Assembly: GCA_963755995.1 (NCBI GenBank) | Contig: CAVWLQ010000003.1 | Location: forward strand, 1,156,734-1,220,733 | Reading direction: 5' to 3' | DNA length: 64,000 nucleotides | From: an uncultured Chloroflexia bacterium | Lineage (GTDB): Bacteria > Chloroflexota > Limnocylindria > Limnocylindrales > CSP1-4 | Part shown: in pieces, positions 1-10,472 of the stretch | Position numbering within the stretch: the first letter of the stretch is position 1 | How the letters are laid out: each line of letters starts with the position of its first letter | Notes under the pieces: generated by a model | Seen by the model: only the letters and a program-made list of their open reading frames with translations | Databases searched by the model: none | Told to the model about the DNA's origin: nothing | Translations under genes and position numbers: made by a program

Positions 1-29
1 TTGGTGTAGTGCAGATCGGTCGGCACCAT
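1..29 (-). CDS. gcvH: glycine cleavage system H protein, first 9 codons only (runs off left edge)
   Basis: ATG at 29 lies 4 nt after the gcvT stop and reads MVPTDLHYT, a typical GcvH N-terminus. AGGAGG-like RBS at 41-47. Only 29 nt are visible. Confidence 0.5.
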
Positions 30-33
30 CGCC

Positions 34-1150
34 TCAGCCATCCCTCCTGTAGAACGGCAGGGTCACGACCCGTGCCGGCACCCGCGCATCGCGGATCTCG
101 ATATCGAGAACGGTACCCGGCTCGGCGTCACCGGGTGCGACGTACGCCATCGCGATCGGCACGCCCAGCGTGGGCGACTGCGTCCCGCTGGTCACGACGC
201 CGGTCCGGCGGTCGCCGGACCAGACCGGATAGCCGTGGCGGGCGATCCCGCGACCCTCGATCGTCAGGCCGACGAGGCGCCGCGATGGACCGTCCCTGGC
301 GATCTTCTCGAGGGCGGCGCGCCCGACGAAGTCGCCGGTCTTGCCGAGCTTGACCACCCGGCCGAGGCCGGCCTGGTACGGATTGCGTCTCGAGGTCCAG
401 CTCGTTGCCGTAGAGGGGCATGCCCGCCTCGAGGCGGAGCGTGTCGCGAGCGCCCAGTCCGATCGGCAGCCCACCCGCGTCGCGCACCGCGGCCAGCAGG
501 GCGTTCCACAGGGGCACGGTCTGGGCCGTGTCGACGAAGACCTCGAAGCCGTCCTCGCCGGTGTAGCCGGTCCGCGCCACCAGGCCCGGGATGCCGGCGA
601 CCGTCCCCTCCACCGCGGCGTAGTAGCGGAGCGCGCCGAGGTCGACGTCGGTCAGCGGGGCGAGGAGACCAGCGGAGGCGGACCCTGGACGGCCAGCAGG
701 CCGGTCGCCAGCGAGCGGTCGTCGAGGACCGCGCGGAAGCCGGTCAGGCGCTCGGCCAGGGCGTCGGACACGACGCCCGCGTTGCCGGCGTTGGCTACGA
801 CGAGGAACCGCTCGTCGGCCGAGCCGGTACACGATCAGGTCGTCGACGATCCCACCGTCGGGCGTCGTCATCATCGAGTAGTGCGCCCGCCCGACCGCCA
901 GGCTCGGTGGATCCGACACGAGGGCCGCAGCGAGGGCGAGACCGGCTTCCGGGCCTTCGACGTACAGCTCGCCCATGTGCGACAGGTCGAACAGACCGGC
1001 CTTCGTCCGGACGGTCCGGTGCTCCTCGATGATCGAGCCGTACTGGACCGGCATCAGCCAGCCGCTGAACTCGATCAGCCGGGCACCGAGCTCCTGGTGC
1101 GCGTCATTGAGCGGGGTCAGGTGGATCGGCGGATCGGCCGCGTCGGTCAC
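34..1150 (-). CDS. gcvT: aminomethyltransferase (glycine cleavage T protein), interrupted by 3 single-base frameshifts as assembled
   Basis: Joining ORFs 128..1951 and 34..474 gives a continuous GcvT: LTPLNDAHQELGARLIEFSGWLMPVQYGS, GLFDLSHMGE, ARTGYTGEDGFE, ARDTLRLEAGMPLYGNELD, NPYQAGLGRVVKL. Frame breaks near 823, 681 and 388. Length 1117 nt (3n+1). The GTG start overlaps the Nudix stop (GTGA). Confidence 0.85.
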
Positions 1151-1951
1151 GAGTGCCTCTCGGCGGAGGGTGCGTCCGCGGCCGCGATCGGCGGCGCGGC
1201 GCGTCCCTTGAGGACGGCGGCGGCGTGCGCGACGAGCGTCCGCTCGGTCTCGAAGGTCAGCATCGTGACGGCCGAATTCGAACGAGACCCAGCGGACCTC
1301 GTCGAACTCGTGATCGTGCTTGGCGAGGTCGCCGCCGGCGGGCTCCATCAGGAAGTAGTGGACGGTCTTGTGGATGCGCGTGCCCGACTGGACGAACCAG
1401 TATTCGATGGAGTCCAACGTGCCGGTGATCTGGACCTTGAGGCCGGTCTCCTCCTGGACCTCGCGGAGGGCGGTCTCCTCGCGCGTCTCGCCCGGATGGG
1501 GCGTGCCCTTGGGCAGCGTCCAGGTCCGGCCGTCGCGCTCACGCCGGCGGCTGCCCACGACGAGCCAGGGCTGCCCCTTCTCGTGGCGAACGACGATCCC
1601 GCCGGCGGAGGTGGCGGTCGAGGTCCTCAGGCGGACCACGGCGCCGATGCGGCGCCCGGCCGTCGGGCGGTGCCGGGGCGCCCGGACCTGGCCCACTCCA
1701 TGGTCACGGTCGGTCGGATCCGACCGGTCGCCGGTGCCTTCGACACCGCCGGGTGGATCGCGCGCCAGCTGGCCCGGAGCCTGGTCAGCGGGCGCGAGCT
1801 CGGGGCCGCGCAGCTCGGTCGAGCGGACGCCGGGCGCCTGGAACGAGCCGGACGGGCGGAGACCGAGACGGCGCTCGCGGACGCGGGTCGACGGACGGAC
1901 GAAACGGGCCGCCGGGCGGGCCGCGTACTTGGCCGCGATGCTGTGATCCAT
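1147..1951 (-). CDS. NUDIX hydrolase with long Arg/Pro-rich N-terminal region; one frameshift near 1250
   Basis: Nudix box GETREETALREVQEETGL. The C-terminus continues in another frame (AVTMLTFETERTLVAHAAAVLKG). High GC3 from the ATG at 1951, but the true start is uncertain. Confidence 0.7.
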
Positions 1952-1970
1952 GGGAGGCTATGGTACCGGT

Positions 1971-2880
1971 TCAGGACGGCCTTGCAAGGCCGAGTCGAGC
2001 CACCGATCGCATCTTCGCGGCGACCTCCGGTGCCAGGGCGCCACGGTCCTCGGCCAGATCGATCTCACGGCGAGCCGCGGCGACGTACAGCTCCAGCACC
2101 CCGGGGGCGTGGGTGCGCAGCGTCTCGAGGTGCGCGGCCAGGGTCCCGACGTCGCCGCGGGTCATCGGCCCGGTCAGCGCCGCCCGGATCCCGAGCGACC
2201 GGGCGTTGCCGAGGGTCCCCTCGATGAGCGGCCCGTAGATCGCCAGCGCGCCGGCCTCGTCGAGACCGGCGACCCGGCCCAGCTCCGCGATCGCGTCGAG
2301 GAGCGCCACGAAGCCGCCGGCCGCCAGGACCGCCGCAGCGTGGTACGCCGCCTTGGAGCCCGGCGCCAGCCGGACCGGGATCGGCCCCGATCGCCTCGGC
2401 CATGTCGGCCAGCATCGCCACCAGCTGGTCGTCACCCTCGATGGCGACGGTCGCACCGTGGAGCGCGGCGACCGCCCGTTCGGTGTCGGCGAACGCGACG
2501 AGCGGGTGGAAGGAGCCGATCTGGGTGCCGGCGCCCATCGCCGGCGCGAGGACCTCTGCGCCGAGGGCGCCGCTCGTATGGATCATCGCCTGGCCGCCGT
2601 ACATCCGGAGGGAGCCCGCCAGCGGCGCGATGGCGTCGTCGGGGACGGCCAGGATGATCAGCTCGACCTCGTCGAGGATCGGCTCCGGATCGGCGAACAC
2701 GCGGTGCACCTCGACCAGGGAGCGGAACCGCTCGCGGCGGCCCGGGTCGCGGCTGGCGACGGCCTGGATCGGCCAGCCGGCCCGGCTCAGCGCGACGCCG
2801 AGAGCCGTGCCCGACAGCGCCCGGCGCCGACGATGCCGATGATCGGTGGCTCGCCCGGCGCGGCGTGGACGTGCGGATGG
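1971..2880 (-). CDS. Rossmann-fold NAD(P)-binding / DUF2520 domain protein (COG5495-like), at least 2 frameshifts, start unresolved
   Basis: PPIIGIVGAG(ALSGTALG) dinucleotide-binding fold, ELIILAVPDDAI, and C-terminal HAAAVLAAGGFVALLD...LTGPMTRGD typical of DUF2520. Frame breaks near 2821 (G-run) and 2380. No canonical start lies upstream of PPIIG. A His-rich stretch (HRHGDDTHPSDHVHPHVH) precedes it. Confidence 0.6.
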
Positions 2881-3119
2881 ACGTGGTCGCTCGGGTGCGT
2901 GTCGTCGCCGTGTCGGTGGCCGCCGGGCGGCGCCGGGATCGAGGTCGATGCCGGCCGCCTCGATCGCAGCCCGACGTCTCCGCGCGGTCCTTCTCGGGAT
3001 CGTCGCCGGGCAGGTCGCCCCAGCCCCGCATCAGCGGGGTCCGCGGCCGGCCGGCCGGGTTCGTCGCACGTCCACGCATCGAGTGTAGCGAGCACGGGCC
3101 GTGTCGCCGGGCCGGTCGG

Positions 3120-3125
3120 TATACT
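3120..3125 (+). promoter_or_regulatory. possible -10 element (TATACT) upstream of acnA
   Basis: cggTATACTgg lies 86 nt upstream of the acnA GTG and is rare AT-rich sequence in a 70% GC background. No convincing -35. The same CGGTATACT 9-mer precedes ftsZ. Confidence 0.25.
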
Positions 3126-3210
3126 GGTCCCGATCTCGACCCGGGGCGGGCGCACCCGCCCGGCGCCGACTGACCCCGCGCAACGGCGCGGTCGATGAAG
3201 GAGGCGCCCT

Positions 3211-6075
3211 GTGACGACCAGGTCAACCGACCCCGACCCCTTCGACGCACGCGCGAGCCTGCGCGTCGGCACGATCGACTACGGCTACCACCGGCTCGAC
3301 GCCGTCGGCGATCGGATCGATCTCGCGACGCTCCCGGTGACGATCAAGATCCTGCTCGAGAACCTGCTCCGCCACGCCGGCGGGCCGGTCGTCCGCGCCG
3401 AGGACGTCGAGACGCTCCTCGCCTGGCGACCGGGCGCCGCCGCCGAGGCCGAGATCCCGTTCATGCCGGCGCGGGTCCTGCTCCAGGACTTCACCGGGCG
3501 TGCCGGCCGTCGTCGACCTGGCCGTGATGCGCGACGCGATGGCCGAGCTCGGCGGCGATCCGGGCCTGGTCAACCCGCTGGTCCCGGCCGACCTCGTCAT
3601 CGACCACTCCGTCCAGGTCGACCGGTTCGGGACGCCCGGCGCGTTCGCCTTCAACGTGGAGCGCGAGTACGAGCGCAACGGCGAGCGCTACCAGCTGCTG
3701 CGCTGGGCCCAGACCGCGTTCCGCGACCTGCGCGTGGTGCCGCCCGGGACCGGGATCGTCCACCAGGTCAACCTCGAGTTCCTGGCCACGGTCGTCGCGG
3801 ATCGGACGGATGCGGACGGCCGCCGGGTCGCCTTCCCGGACACGGTCGTCGGGACCGACTCCCACACGACGATGGTCAACGGCCTGGGTGTCCTGGGCTA
3901 CGGCGTCGGCGGCATCGAGGCCGAGGCCGTGCTGCTCGGCCAGCCGCTCTACCAGCCGATGCCCCACGTCGTCGGCGTCCGGCTCCACGGCGCGCTGCCC
4001 CGCGGCTCGACCGCGACCGACCTCGTCCTGGTCGTGACCGAGATGCTCCGGGCGCACGGCGTGGTCGGCTCGTTCGTCGAGTTCGCCGGCGACGGCCTGG
4101 CCACGCTGGCCCTCGCCGACCGGGCGACGATCAGCAACATGAGCCCGGAGTTCGGTGCCACCTCGACGCTCTTCCCGATCGACGACGAGACGCTGGCGTA
4201 CCTGCGCCTGACCGGCCGGTCCGCCGAGCGGGTCGAGCTCGTCGAGCGCTACGCCCGGACCCAGGGCCTGTGGCGCGAGCCCGGCGCTGGACCCGTCTTC
4301 GACGAGCTGCTCGAGCTGGACCTGGCCAGCGTGACCCGTCCGTGGCCGGGCCGCGGCGGCCCCAGGACCGCGTGCCGCTGGAGGCGTTGCGGGCCAACTT
4401 CCGCTCGAACTTCCCGAACGGCCTCGAAGGCACGATCGCGGAGCTGGGTGGCGAGGAGCCCGTCCCGGGCAACGGGCTCGTGGAGGGATCGTCGGCCGAG
4501 TCGTTCCCGGCGTCGGACCCGCCCTCGTTCGTCTCGGGCGATGCCGACGTGGAGGCCGCACCGCCGGCCGACCCGGTCGTCGCGGACGCGGACCCGGTGG
4601 ATCTCCAAGCCTACCGGCCGGTCGCGATCGAGATGGGCGGCGAGACGGTCTCCGTCCGGACCGGCTCGGTCGCCATCGCTGCGATCACCTCCTGCACCAA
4701 CACGTCGAACCCGACGGTCATGGTCGGGGCCGGCCTGCTCGCTCGCAACGCCGTCGCCCGCGGCCTGCGCGTCGGGCCGACCGTGAAGACGTCGTTGGCG
4801 CCCGGCTCGCGCGTCGTCACCGTCTATCTCGAGGCGGCCGGACTGATGGCGCCGCTCGAGGCGCTGGGCTTCGCCCTGGCCGGCTACGGCTGCACGACGT
4901 GCATCGGCAACTCCGGGCCACTCGACGACGCGGTCGCCGGGGCGATCGAGGCCAACGACCTGGTGGTCGCCGCGGTCCTCTCGGGCAACCGCAACTTCGA
5001 GGGCCGGATCCACCCCCTCGCGCGCGCGAGCTATCTGGCCTCGCCGCCGCTGGTCGTCGCCTTCGCGCTGGCCGGCAGGGTGGACATCGACCTGACGACG
5101 GAGCCGCTTGGCACGGACGTCGACGGCCGGCCGGTCTTCCTGGCGGACATCTGGCCGGAGCCCGAGGAGATCCGGTCCGTCATCGGGACGGCTCTCGACC
5201 CGGAGCTCTTCCGGCGCACGTACGCGACCGTGTTCGAGGGCGACGACCGGTGGCGCGCGCTGCCGATCCCGGCAGGCGACCGCTACGCCTGGGAGACCGA
5301 CTCGACGTACATCGCCAAGCCGCCGTTCTTCGAAGGGCTCCGCCGGGACGCGGGCGAACCGGCCGGGCTGGACGGGATGCGCGTCCTGGCCGTGCTCGGC
5401 GACTCGGTCACCACCGACCACATCTCCCCCGCCGGGTCGATCGCACCGTCGTCACCGGCCGGCCAGTGGCTCCAGGCGCACGGCGTCGGGCCGCTCGACT
5501 TCAACTCGTACGGCGCGCGACGCGGCCATCACGAGGTGATGATGCGCGGCACGTTCGCCAACATCCGGCTGCGCAACGCGCTGGTCCCGGGGGTCGAGGG
5601 TCCGTACACGGTCCACCTGCCCGACGGCGAGCAGGGCTTCATCTACGACGCCGCGATGCGCTACGCGGCCGAGGGCGTCCCGCTGGCCATCCTGGCCGGT
5701 CGCGAATACGGCTCGGGTTCGTCGCGCGACTGGGCGGCCAAGGGGCCGGCGCTCCTCGGGGTGCGGATGGTGCTGGCCGAGAGCTTCGAGCGGATCCATC
5801 GCTCGAACCTGGTCGGGATGGGGATCCTGCCGCTGCAATATCGACCCGGCGACACCGCCGCGTCGCTCGGCCTGACCGGTCGCGAGACGCTGTCGGTCAG
5901 CCTCGGCGGAGGGCCGACGCCGCGGGGGACCGTGCGGGTCACGGCCCGCTCGGACGACGGCACCGAGCGCGGGTTCGATGCGATCGCCCGTCTCGACGGA
6001 CCGATCGACGTGGAGTACTACCTGGCCGGCGGGATCCTGCCGGCGGTCCTCCGGAGGCTCGCCGCCGCGACCTGA
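3211..6075 (+). CDS. acnA: aconitate hydratase A, two compensating frameshifts (about 3497 and 4335)
   Basis: GAAGGAGG RBS 6 nt before the GTG. Motifs LLQDFTG(V)[34 protein letters not shown] and SRDWAAKG. The middle third lies in ORF 3500..4786. An extra G sits in GGG at 3497 and a C is missing from the C-run at 4334-4336. Confidence 0.93.
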   Translation: MTTRSTDPDPFDARASLRVGTIDYGYHRLDAVGDRIDLATLPVTIKILLENLLRHAGGPVVRAEDVETLLAWRPGAAAEAEIPFMPARVLLQDFTGRAGRRRPGRDARRDGRARRRSGPGQPAGPGRPRHRPLRPGRPVRDARRVRLQRGARVRAQRRALPAAALGPDRVPRPARGAARDRDRPPGQPRVPGHGRRGSDGCGRPPGRLPGHGRRDRLPHDDGQRPGCPGLRRRRHRGRGRAARPAALPADAPRRRRPAPRRAAPRLDRDRPRPGRDRDAPGARRGRLVRRVRRRRPGHAGPRRPGDDQQHEPGVRCHLDALPDRRRDAGVPAPDRPVRRAGRARRALRPDPGPVARARRWTRLRRAARAGPGQRDPSVAGPRRPQDRVPLEALRANFRSNFPNGLEGTIAELGGEEPVPGNGLVEGSSAESFPASDPPSFVSGDADVEAAPPADPVVADADPVDLQAYRPVAIEMGGETVSVRTGSVAIAAITSCTNTSNPTVMVGAGLLARNAVARGLRVGPTVKTSLAPGSRVVTVYLEAAGLMAPLEALGFALAGYGCTTCIGNSGPLDDAVAGAIEANDLVVAAVLSGNRNFEGRIHPLARASYLASPPLVVAFALAGRVDIDLTTEPLGTDVDGRPVFLADIWPEPEEIRSVIGTALDPELFRRTYATVFEGDDRWRALPIPAGDRYAWETDSTYIAKPPFFEGLRRDAGEPAGLDGMRVLAVLGDSVTTDHISPAGSIAPSSPAGQWLQAHGVGPLDFNSYGARRGHHEVMMRGTFANIRLRNALVPGVEGPYTVHLPDGEQGFIYDAAMRYAAEGVPLAILAGREYGSGSSRDWAAKGPALLGVRMVLAESFERIHRSNLVGMGILPLQYRPGDTAASLGLTGRETLSVSLGGGPTPRGTVRVTARSDDGTERGFDAIARLDGPIDVEYYLAGGILPAVLRRLAAAT

Positions 6076-6101
6076 GGCGGGGGCCGACCGACGGACACGA
6101 A

Positions 6102-6131
6102 GAAGCCCCCGGGGGAGGAACCGGGGGCTTC
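6102..6131. terminator. bidirectional intrinsic-terminator-like hairpin between convergent acnA and the K+ channel gene
   Basis: Perfect 11-bp stem GAAGCCCCCGG / CCGGGGGCTTC with an 8-nt loop, 27 nt after the acnA stop. No T-tract, which is common in high-GC genomes. Confidence 0.7.
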
Positions 6132-6206
6132 AACGCGGAGGAGCGGGCTTGTCGTCGGTTGTGACGCGTGGCCTCTCGTGCCAGTGACGGGCGAAGCCCA
6201 CCGATT

Positions 6207-6962
6207 TCAAGCGTCCCGAGAGCTCGCCGGATCCTCGCCGTCAATGGGCACGACCCGGGCCGCGGACTGCGAGGCGTCGCCGCGGATCGTCCGGCCGATG
6301 TTGCCGACCAGCAGAGCGACGGCGGACACCAGGTAGAGCTGCCCGATGAGCGCCTCCGACACCGAGACCATCCGGCCTAGGCTCGAGGCCGCCGTGTAGT
6401 CGCCGTAGCCGAGCGTGGCCAGCGTCGTATAGCTGAAGTAGACGTAGTCCGAGGCGTTGGGGTCCGGCGTCTGGACGAAGAACTGATCCCCGGTCACTGT
6501 CGCGATAAGCGGGAACAGATAGGAGTACGCCAGGCCGAGCAGCAGATAGATCGCGAGGGCGCCAAGGACCAGCCGGACCGTGATCACCGGGCTCAGCACG
6601 ATCCGACGGAGGATCACGATGGGGGCGACGACGGCCAGGAGCAGACCGACGAGACCGGCTGTCGTATTACCCACGGTCTCGCCCAGGAGCAGAGCAACGG
6701 CGGCTGCGACCACCGCGACGATGACGACGACCGTCGAGGTCCGGAAGACCCGTCGATGCGCGCCGGCGGTGTGCAGCACGTACAGAAGCGTCCCGCCGCT
6801 CAGCGCCACGCTGATGACCTGCCCGACCGGGCCGATGGCCGCGGCGAACACCACGATCGTCAGAAGGATGAGGATCAGGACGACGCCGAAGTCATCCTGC
6901 CGTTCGAGCGTCTCGCGGGCCTGGCTGCGACGCGACTGACCTGGGGCGCGGCTCGGGATCAT
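6207..6962 (-). CDS. potassium channel family protein (two-TM pore domain type)
   Basis: Selectivity filter TLGYGD, multiple hydrophobic helices, intact 251-aa ORF. Confidence 0.8.
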   Translation of the reverse strand: MIPSRAPGQSRRSQARETLERQDDFGVVLILILLTIVVFAAAIGPVGQVISVALSGGTLLYVLHTAGAHRRVFRTSTVVVIVAVVAAAVALLLGETVGNTTAGLVGLLLAVVAPIVILRRIVLSPVITVRLVLGALAIYLLLGLAYSYLFPLIATVTGDQFFVQTPDPNASDYVYFSYTTLATLGYGDYTAASSLGRMVSVSEALIGQLYLVSAVALLVGNIGRTIRGDASQSAARVVPIDGEDPASSRDA

Positions 6963-6970
6963 CGCTCGCG

Positions 6971-7423
6971 ATGGTAGTCGACCGACGGGGTGGGTCGGCC
7001 GCCTCGGCGCAGCGGACTCCTGACCGCGCCGGGCGTATCCTCGTCACCGTGACGGCCTGGACCCCGGACGAGCTCACCCGCTTCGAGCCGATCGATGAGC
7101 TCGGGCTGGCCTCGCGGCGACTCGATGGAAGCCTTCGGCGGTTCGTCACGATCTGGTTCGTCCAGCTGGGTGACGACCTCTACGTCCGGTCCGCCTACGG
7201 CTACGACAACCCGTGGTTCCAGCGCGCTCTCGCGTCGGGCGACGGCCGGATCCGCGTCGGAGGCCTGGAGCGGGATGTCACGTTCGTCCCGCCCGGGCCT
7301 GAGGTCGCGGACGACCTCAACGCCGCGTTCCACGCCAAATACGATCGCCACGGCGCACGGATCGTCGGGACGGTCGTGTCGCCGGAGGCGATGCGGTCGA
7401 CGCTCACGGTGGTGCCCCGCTGA
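6971..7423 (+). CDS. DUF2255 family protein
   Basis: FVTIWFVQLGDDLYVRSAYG...DVTFVP...AKYDRHG...RSTLTVVP matches the DUF2255 pattern. The real start is probably the GTG at 7049, because 6971 leaves only 8 nt to the divergent gene. Confidence 0.6.
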   Translation: MVVDRRGGSAASAQRTPDRAGRILVTVTAWTPDELTRFEPIDELGLASRRLDGSLRRFVTIWFVQLGDDLYVRSAYGYDNPWFQRALASGDGRIRVGGLERDVTFVPPGPEVADDLNAAFHAKYDRHGARIVGTVVSPEAMRSTLTVVPR

Positions 7424-7517
7424 CGTGGCCGCGGCGTGGTCGGACGCGGCGGTCGGTCACATCCCGGCTGTCCGGCGGGTCAGTCTCAGTGACCGACTCC
7501 GCGCAGGACTCTGACCC

Positions 7518-8403
7518 ATGACCGACCAGGACTGGCTCGCCGAGCGCTTCGAAGCCGACCGCGCCCACCTGCGCGGCGTCGCCTTCCGGATGCTCGGCTC
7601 CGTGAGCGAGGCCGACGACGCCGTGCAGGAGGCCTGGATCCGTCTGAGCCGCACCGACACCACCGGGGTCGAGAACCTGCGCGCCTGGCTGACGACGGTC
7701 GTCGGTCGCGTCTGCCTCAACATGCTGCGGTCGCGCAGGACCCGGCGCGAGTCGTCGCTGGAGACGCACCTCCCCGACCCGATCGTCAGCCCGGAGGACG
7801 GGCTCGATCCCGAGCAGGAGGCCCTGCTCGGCGATTCCGTCGGGCTCGCCCTGCTCGTCGTCCTCGACGCCCTGACGCCCGCCGAACGCGTCGCCTTCGT
7901 GCTGCACGACGTCTTCGCGCTGCCGTTCGACGACATCGCGCCCATCGTCGGCCGGACGCCGACGGCCGCCCGACAGCTTGCGAGCCGGGCCCGTCGACGC
8001 GTCCAGGGCGCGCCCGTTCCGGACGTCGATCTCGACGGCCAATGGGCCGTCGTGGATGCGTTCCTGGCGGCCGCGCGCGACGGCGACTTCGAGCGCCTGC
8101 TGGCCGTCCTCGACCCCGACGTCGTCGTTCGATCCGACGGTGGCTCGGCGCGCTCGGGCATGAGCTCGCTGGTCCGGGGCGCGGGGGCCGTCGCGCAGCA
8201 GGCGATGAGCTTCCGCCGGTTCACCGAGACGTCGACGCGCGTCCTGGTCAACGGGATCCCCGGCGGCGTCGCGTGGAACCCGGATGGGAGCGCCGTTCGC
8301 CGTCCTGGCCCTCACCGTGCGGGGCGGCCGGATCGTCGCGATCGACGTGCTCGCGGATCCGGACCGCCTCGCGCAGCTCGACCTCACGGTGGTCAGCGGC
8401 TGA
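7518..8403 (+). CDS. ECF sigma factor with C-terminal SnoaL-like extension (ECF41 / SigJ-like); one frameshift near 8290
   Basis: Region 2 EADDAVQEAWIRL...WLTTVVGRVCLNMLRSR. Region 4 LTPAERVAFVLHDVF..RTPTAARQLASRARRRV. The long C-terminal domain ends in another frame (PFAVLALTVRGGRIVAIDVLADPDRLAQLDLTVVSG, stop 8401-8403). Confidence 0.85.
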
Positions 8404-8426
8404 CGGTTCGCGCCCTTCGCGCGGCG

Positions 8427-8453
8427 GTCACGTTCGCGCCTCGTGGCGGGTCA
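8427..8453 (+). promoter_or_regulatory. possible ECF41-type promoter upstream of the oxidoreductase gene
   Basis: GTCACG-N17-GTCA resembles the reported ECF41 target motif TGTCACA-N16-CGTC. It lies about 45 nt upstream of the ATG at 8498 with its AAGGAG RBS. Confidence 0.3.
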
Positions 8454-8497
8454 TCCCTGTAAATCCCCGATCGACCACGCGACAAGGAGCGACCCAC

Positions 8498-8956
8498 ATG
8501 AGCACGCACACCGACAGCGCCCGGAGCGCACCGCGCTGGGTGACGATGTTCACCCCGATCAGCCGTCCCCTGCTGGCCGCCGGCGTCCCGCTGGGCTTCA
8601 ACGGGCTCATCACGATCCCCGGCCGGATCAGCGGCCAGCCCCGGACCACGCCCGTCGCGATCATCGCGGTCGACGGCCGGCGCTGGGTCTGGGCGCCGTG
8701 GGGCGACGTCCACTGGGTGCGCAACCTGCGCGCCGCAGGTGGCGCGACGATCAGGGTGCGCGGCCGCGACGAGGAGATCACGGCCAGGGAGCTGGACCAG
8801 GCCGAGCGGCTGACGTTCTTCCGGGACATCCTCGGTCCCGTGGCCCGAACCCTGCCGTTCGGTCGCCAGTTCATCCGCATCGTCGACGGGGTGAACCTCG
8901 ACGATCCGGTCGAGGCGTCCATGGGGCGGCCCGTCTTCGAGCTGCATCCGCGCTGA
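8498..8956 (+). CDS. deazaflavin (F420)-dependent nitroreductase/DDN family (DUF385) protein
   Basis: AAGGAG RBS at 8484-8489. GRISGQPRTTPVAIIAVDGRRWVWAPWGDVHWVRNLRAAGGATI fits the DDN/DUF385 split-barrel pattern. This is the internal start of ORF 8042..8956. Confidence 0.75.
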   Translation: MSTHTDSARSAPRWVTMFTPISRPLLAAGVPLGFNGLITIPGRISGQPRTTPVAIIAVDGRRWVWAPWGDVHWVRNLRAAGGATIRVRGRDEEITARELDQAERLTFFRDILGPVARTLPFGRQFIRIVDGVNLDDPVEASMGRPVFELHPR

Positions 8957-8986
8957 TCCGGCGAGGCGGCCTGGGTGCCGCGGGCC

Positions 8987-10399
8987 CTAGTGCTTGCCGG
9001 GCTTGAGGACGAACGGCGCGGCCTGGCTGACCCCCGGTGGGTCTCCCGCGACGCGGAACCTGAGCGAGTAGCTCGTCCCACCGAGGAGCTTCGCGGTCGG
9101 CACGTCGAACTTGTAGCCGCCGCTCGTCCCGAGCTTCCGATCGAACGTGAACGCTCCGGTGAGCGCCTTGACCTGGACCCCATCGTGCTCGATGGCGAGC
9201 GCGGTCAGGGCGATCGGGGACGCCGACAGGTCGGTTCCGGCGGCGTTGCACAGGGAGACCTTGACCGGAGCGGTCGCTCCCGACACGGGCTTGGCCGGAT
9301 CGTACAGAAGGCAGATGCGATAGATGCTGGTCAGCGTCCCGTCGACGTACGAGATGTCGTAGTTCGTCGCGGTGAGCCCGCTTGCCCGGAGCACGTAGAC
9401 GCCGGGTGACGTCGCGCTCACGGTGGTCGTCGGCGCGACCAGGACCGAGCCGCCGAGGACCGAGGGGCTCTCGTCGTTCACGAAGCCGGTGTACCGCACG
9501 GTGAACCCTGGGCTCGTGGCGCCGAGTGTCCGGGTCGTATCCACCGCGGTCACCGTCAGCCCTGACCGTGCGATGGCAAACGTGTCCGCCGCCGACGCCG
9601 GGAGGTAGTCGTCGCTGCCGGCCTGCGATGCCGTGACCTGGCAGGCTCCGGCGCCGTCGATCGTGACGGTCGTGCCCGCGATCGTGCATGGCCCACTCGC
9701 GCTGAACGTGACGGGGAGTCCGGACGACGCCGAAGCCTCCAGGCTCTGGGGCGGATCGCCATACGTCACGTCATCGAGCGGGACGAGCGACACGCTCTGG
9801 CCGTTCCGGTCGACGAAGGTGCCGATGATGCAGCGGACGGAGATCCCGCACGCGACTGTGTTGTCCCCGGCGATCAGGGCACGCTCGATCACGAATCCGC
9901 TCGTTCGCGCGATGTGGGCCCGCTGGCTGGAGCCGGTGCCGCTCGCGCCATCCAGGAGGGGGATCGCGACCACGGACCCCGCCCGGGCATCGAGGGCGTC
10001 CTGGAGAGACGTGCTGTTGGTGCTGCCGAACGCGACGGCTTGCGACGACGGAACCTGGATGTCGTCGGGCGGGTCCTGGACGAACCGGATGAGGTCCGCG
10101 GTCGACCCCGACCCCGACTCCCAATCGAGCCAGCGCCCACCGCCCGGGAGGCCGCCCGTGCAGATCGGGATCACGTACCTCGTCTCGATCGCCCAGGGGT
10201 CGCCGGTCGCCCATGTCGCGGGGTCGGATCCACAGGTCGAGATCGTCATGGGCAGGCCGATCGGCATGATCGGCGCAGCCGCGGCGACACCGGCCGCTTG
10301 CGCTCCAGCGGCCCCCACCGGGCCCACCGCGAGACCTGCCAGGAGGATGGCCATGATGGGTCCGGCCATGACCTTGTTCAGCCGGGCGTGAGTGCGCAC
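8987..10399 (-). CDS. secreted protein with N-terminal unknown domain and MBG-type repeat domain
   Basis: Signal peptide MAGPIMAILLAGLAVGPVGAAGAQA. LTVTAVDTTRTLGATSPGFTVRYTGFVNDESPSVLGG...SPGVYVLRASGLTATNYDISYVDGTLT is the MBG-domain pattern. Intact 470-aa ORF. Confidence 0.7.
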   Translation of the reverse strand: MRTHARLNKVMAGPIMAILLAGLAVGPVGAAGAQAAGVAAAAPIMPIGLPMTISTCGSDPATWATGDPWAIETRYVIPICTGGLPGGGRWLDWESGSGSTADLIRFVQDPPDDIQVPSSQAVAFGSTNSTSLQDALDARAGSVVAIPLLDGASGTGSSQRAHIARTSGFVIERALIAGDNTVACGISVRCIIGTFVDRNGQSVSLVPLDDVTYGDPPQSLEASASSGLPVTFSASGPCTIAGTTVTIDGAGACQVTASQAGSDDYLPASAADTFAIARSGLTVTAVDTTRTLGATSPGFTVRYTGFVNDESPSVLGGSVLVAPTTTVSATSPGVYVLRASGLTATNYDISYVDGTLTSIYRICLLYDPAKPVSGATAPVKVSLCNAAGTDLSASPIALTALAIEHDGVQVKALTGAFTFDRKLGTSGGYKFDVPTAKLLGGTSYSLRFRVAGDPPGVSQAAPFVLKPGKH

Positions 10400-10472
10400 C
10401 GCTTCCCCTGATCGCGATCCATGACGACGTCGTTGCCGAACCGGACCGCGAGTCTATCGGCCGGATCGCGCC

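Noticed and set aside
1151-1260. Glycine riboswitch upstream of gcvT
   Set aside because: gcvT is translationally coupled to the Nudix gene with no leader, and no riboswitch-like sequence is present.
128-1951. 607-aa ORF apparently fusing a Nudix hydrolase to GcvT
   Set aside because: In the corrected Nudix frame a TGA at 1147-1149 overlaps the gcvT GTG (GTGA). The apparent fusion is created by the frameshift near 1250.
341-2227. Long plus-strand ORFs antisense to real genes (also 15226..16569, 34734..36794, 45606..48131, 48574..50454, 50917..52020 on the minus strand, 62517..63914 on the minus strand, and others)
   Set aside because: These are typical high-GC shadow ORFs. Their translations are Arg/Pro/Gly/Ala-rich with no motifs, they lack the GC3 pattern, and each lies opposite a gene with clear family signatures.
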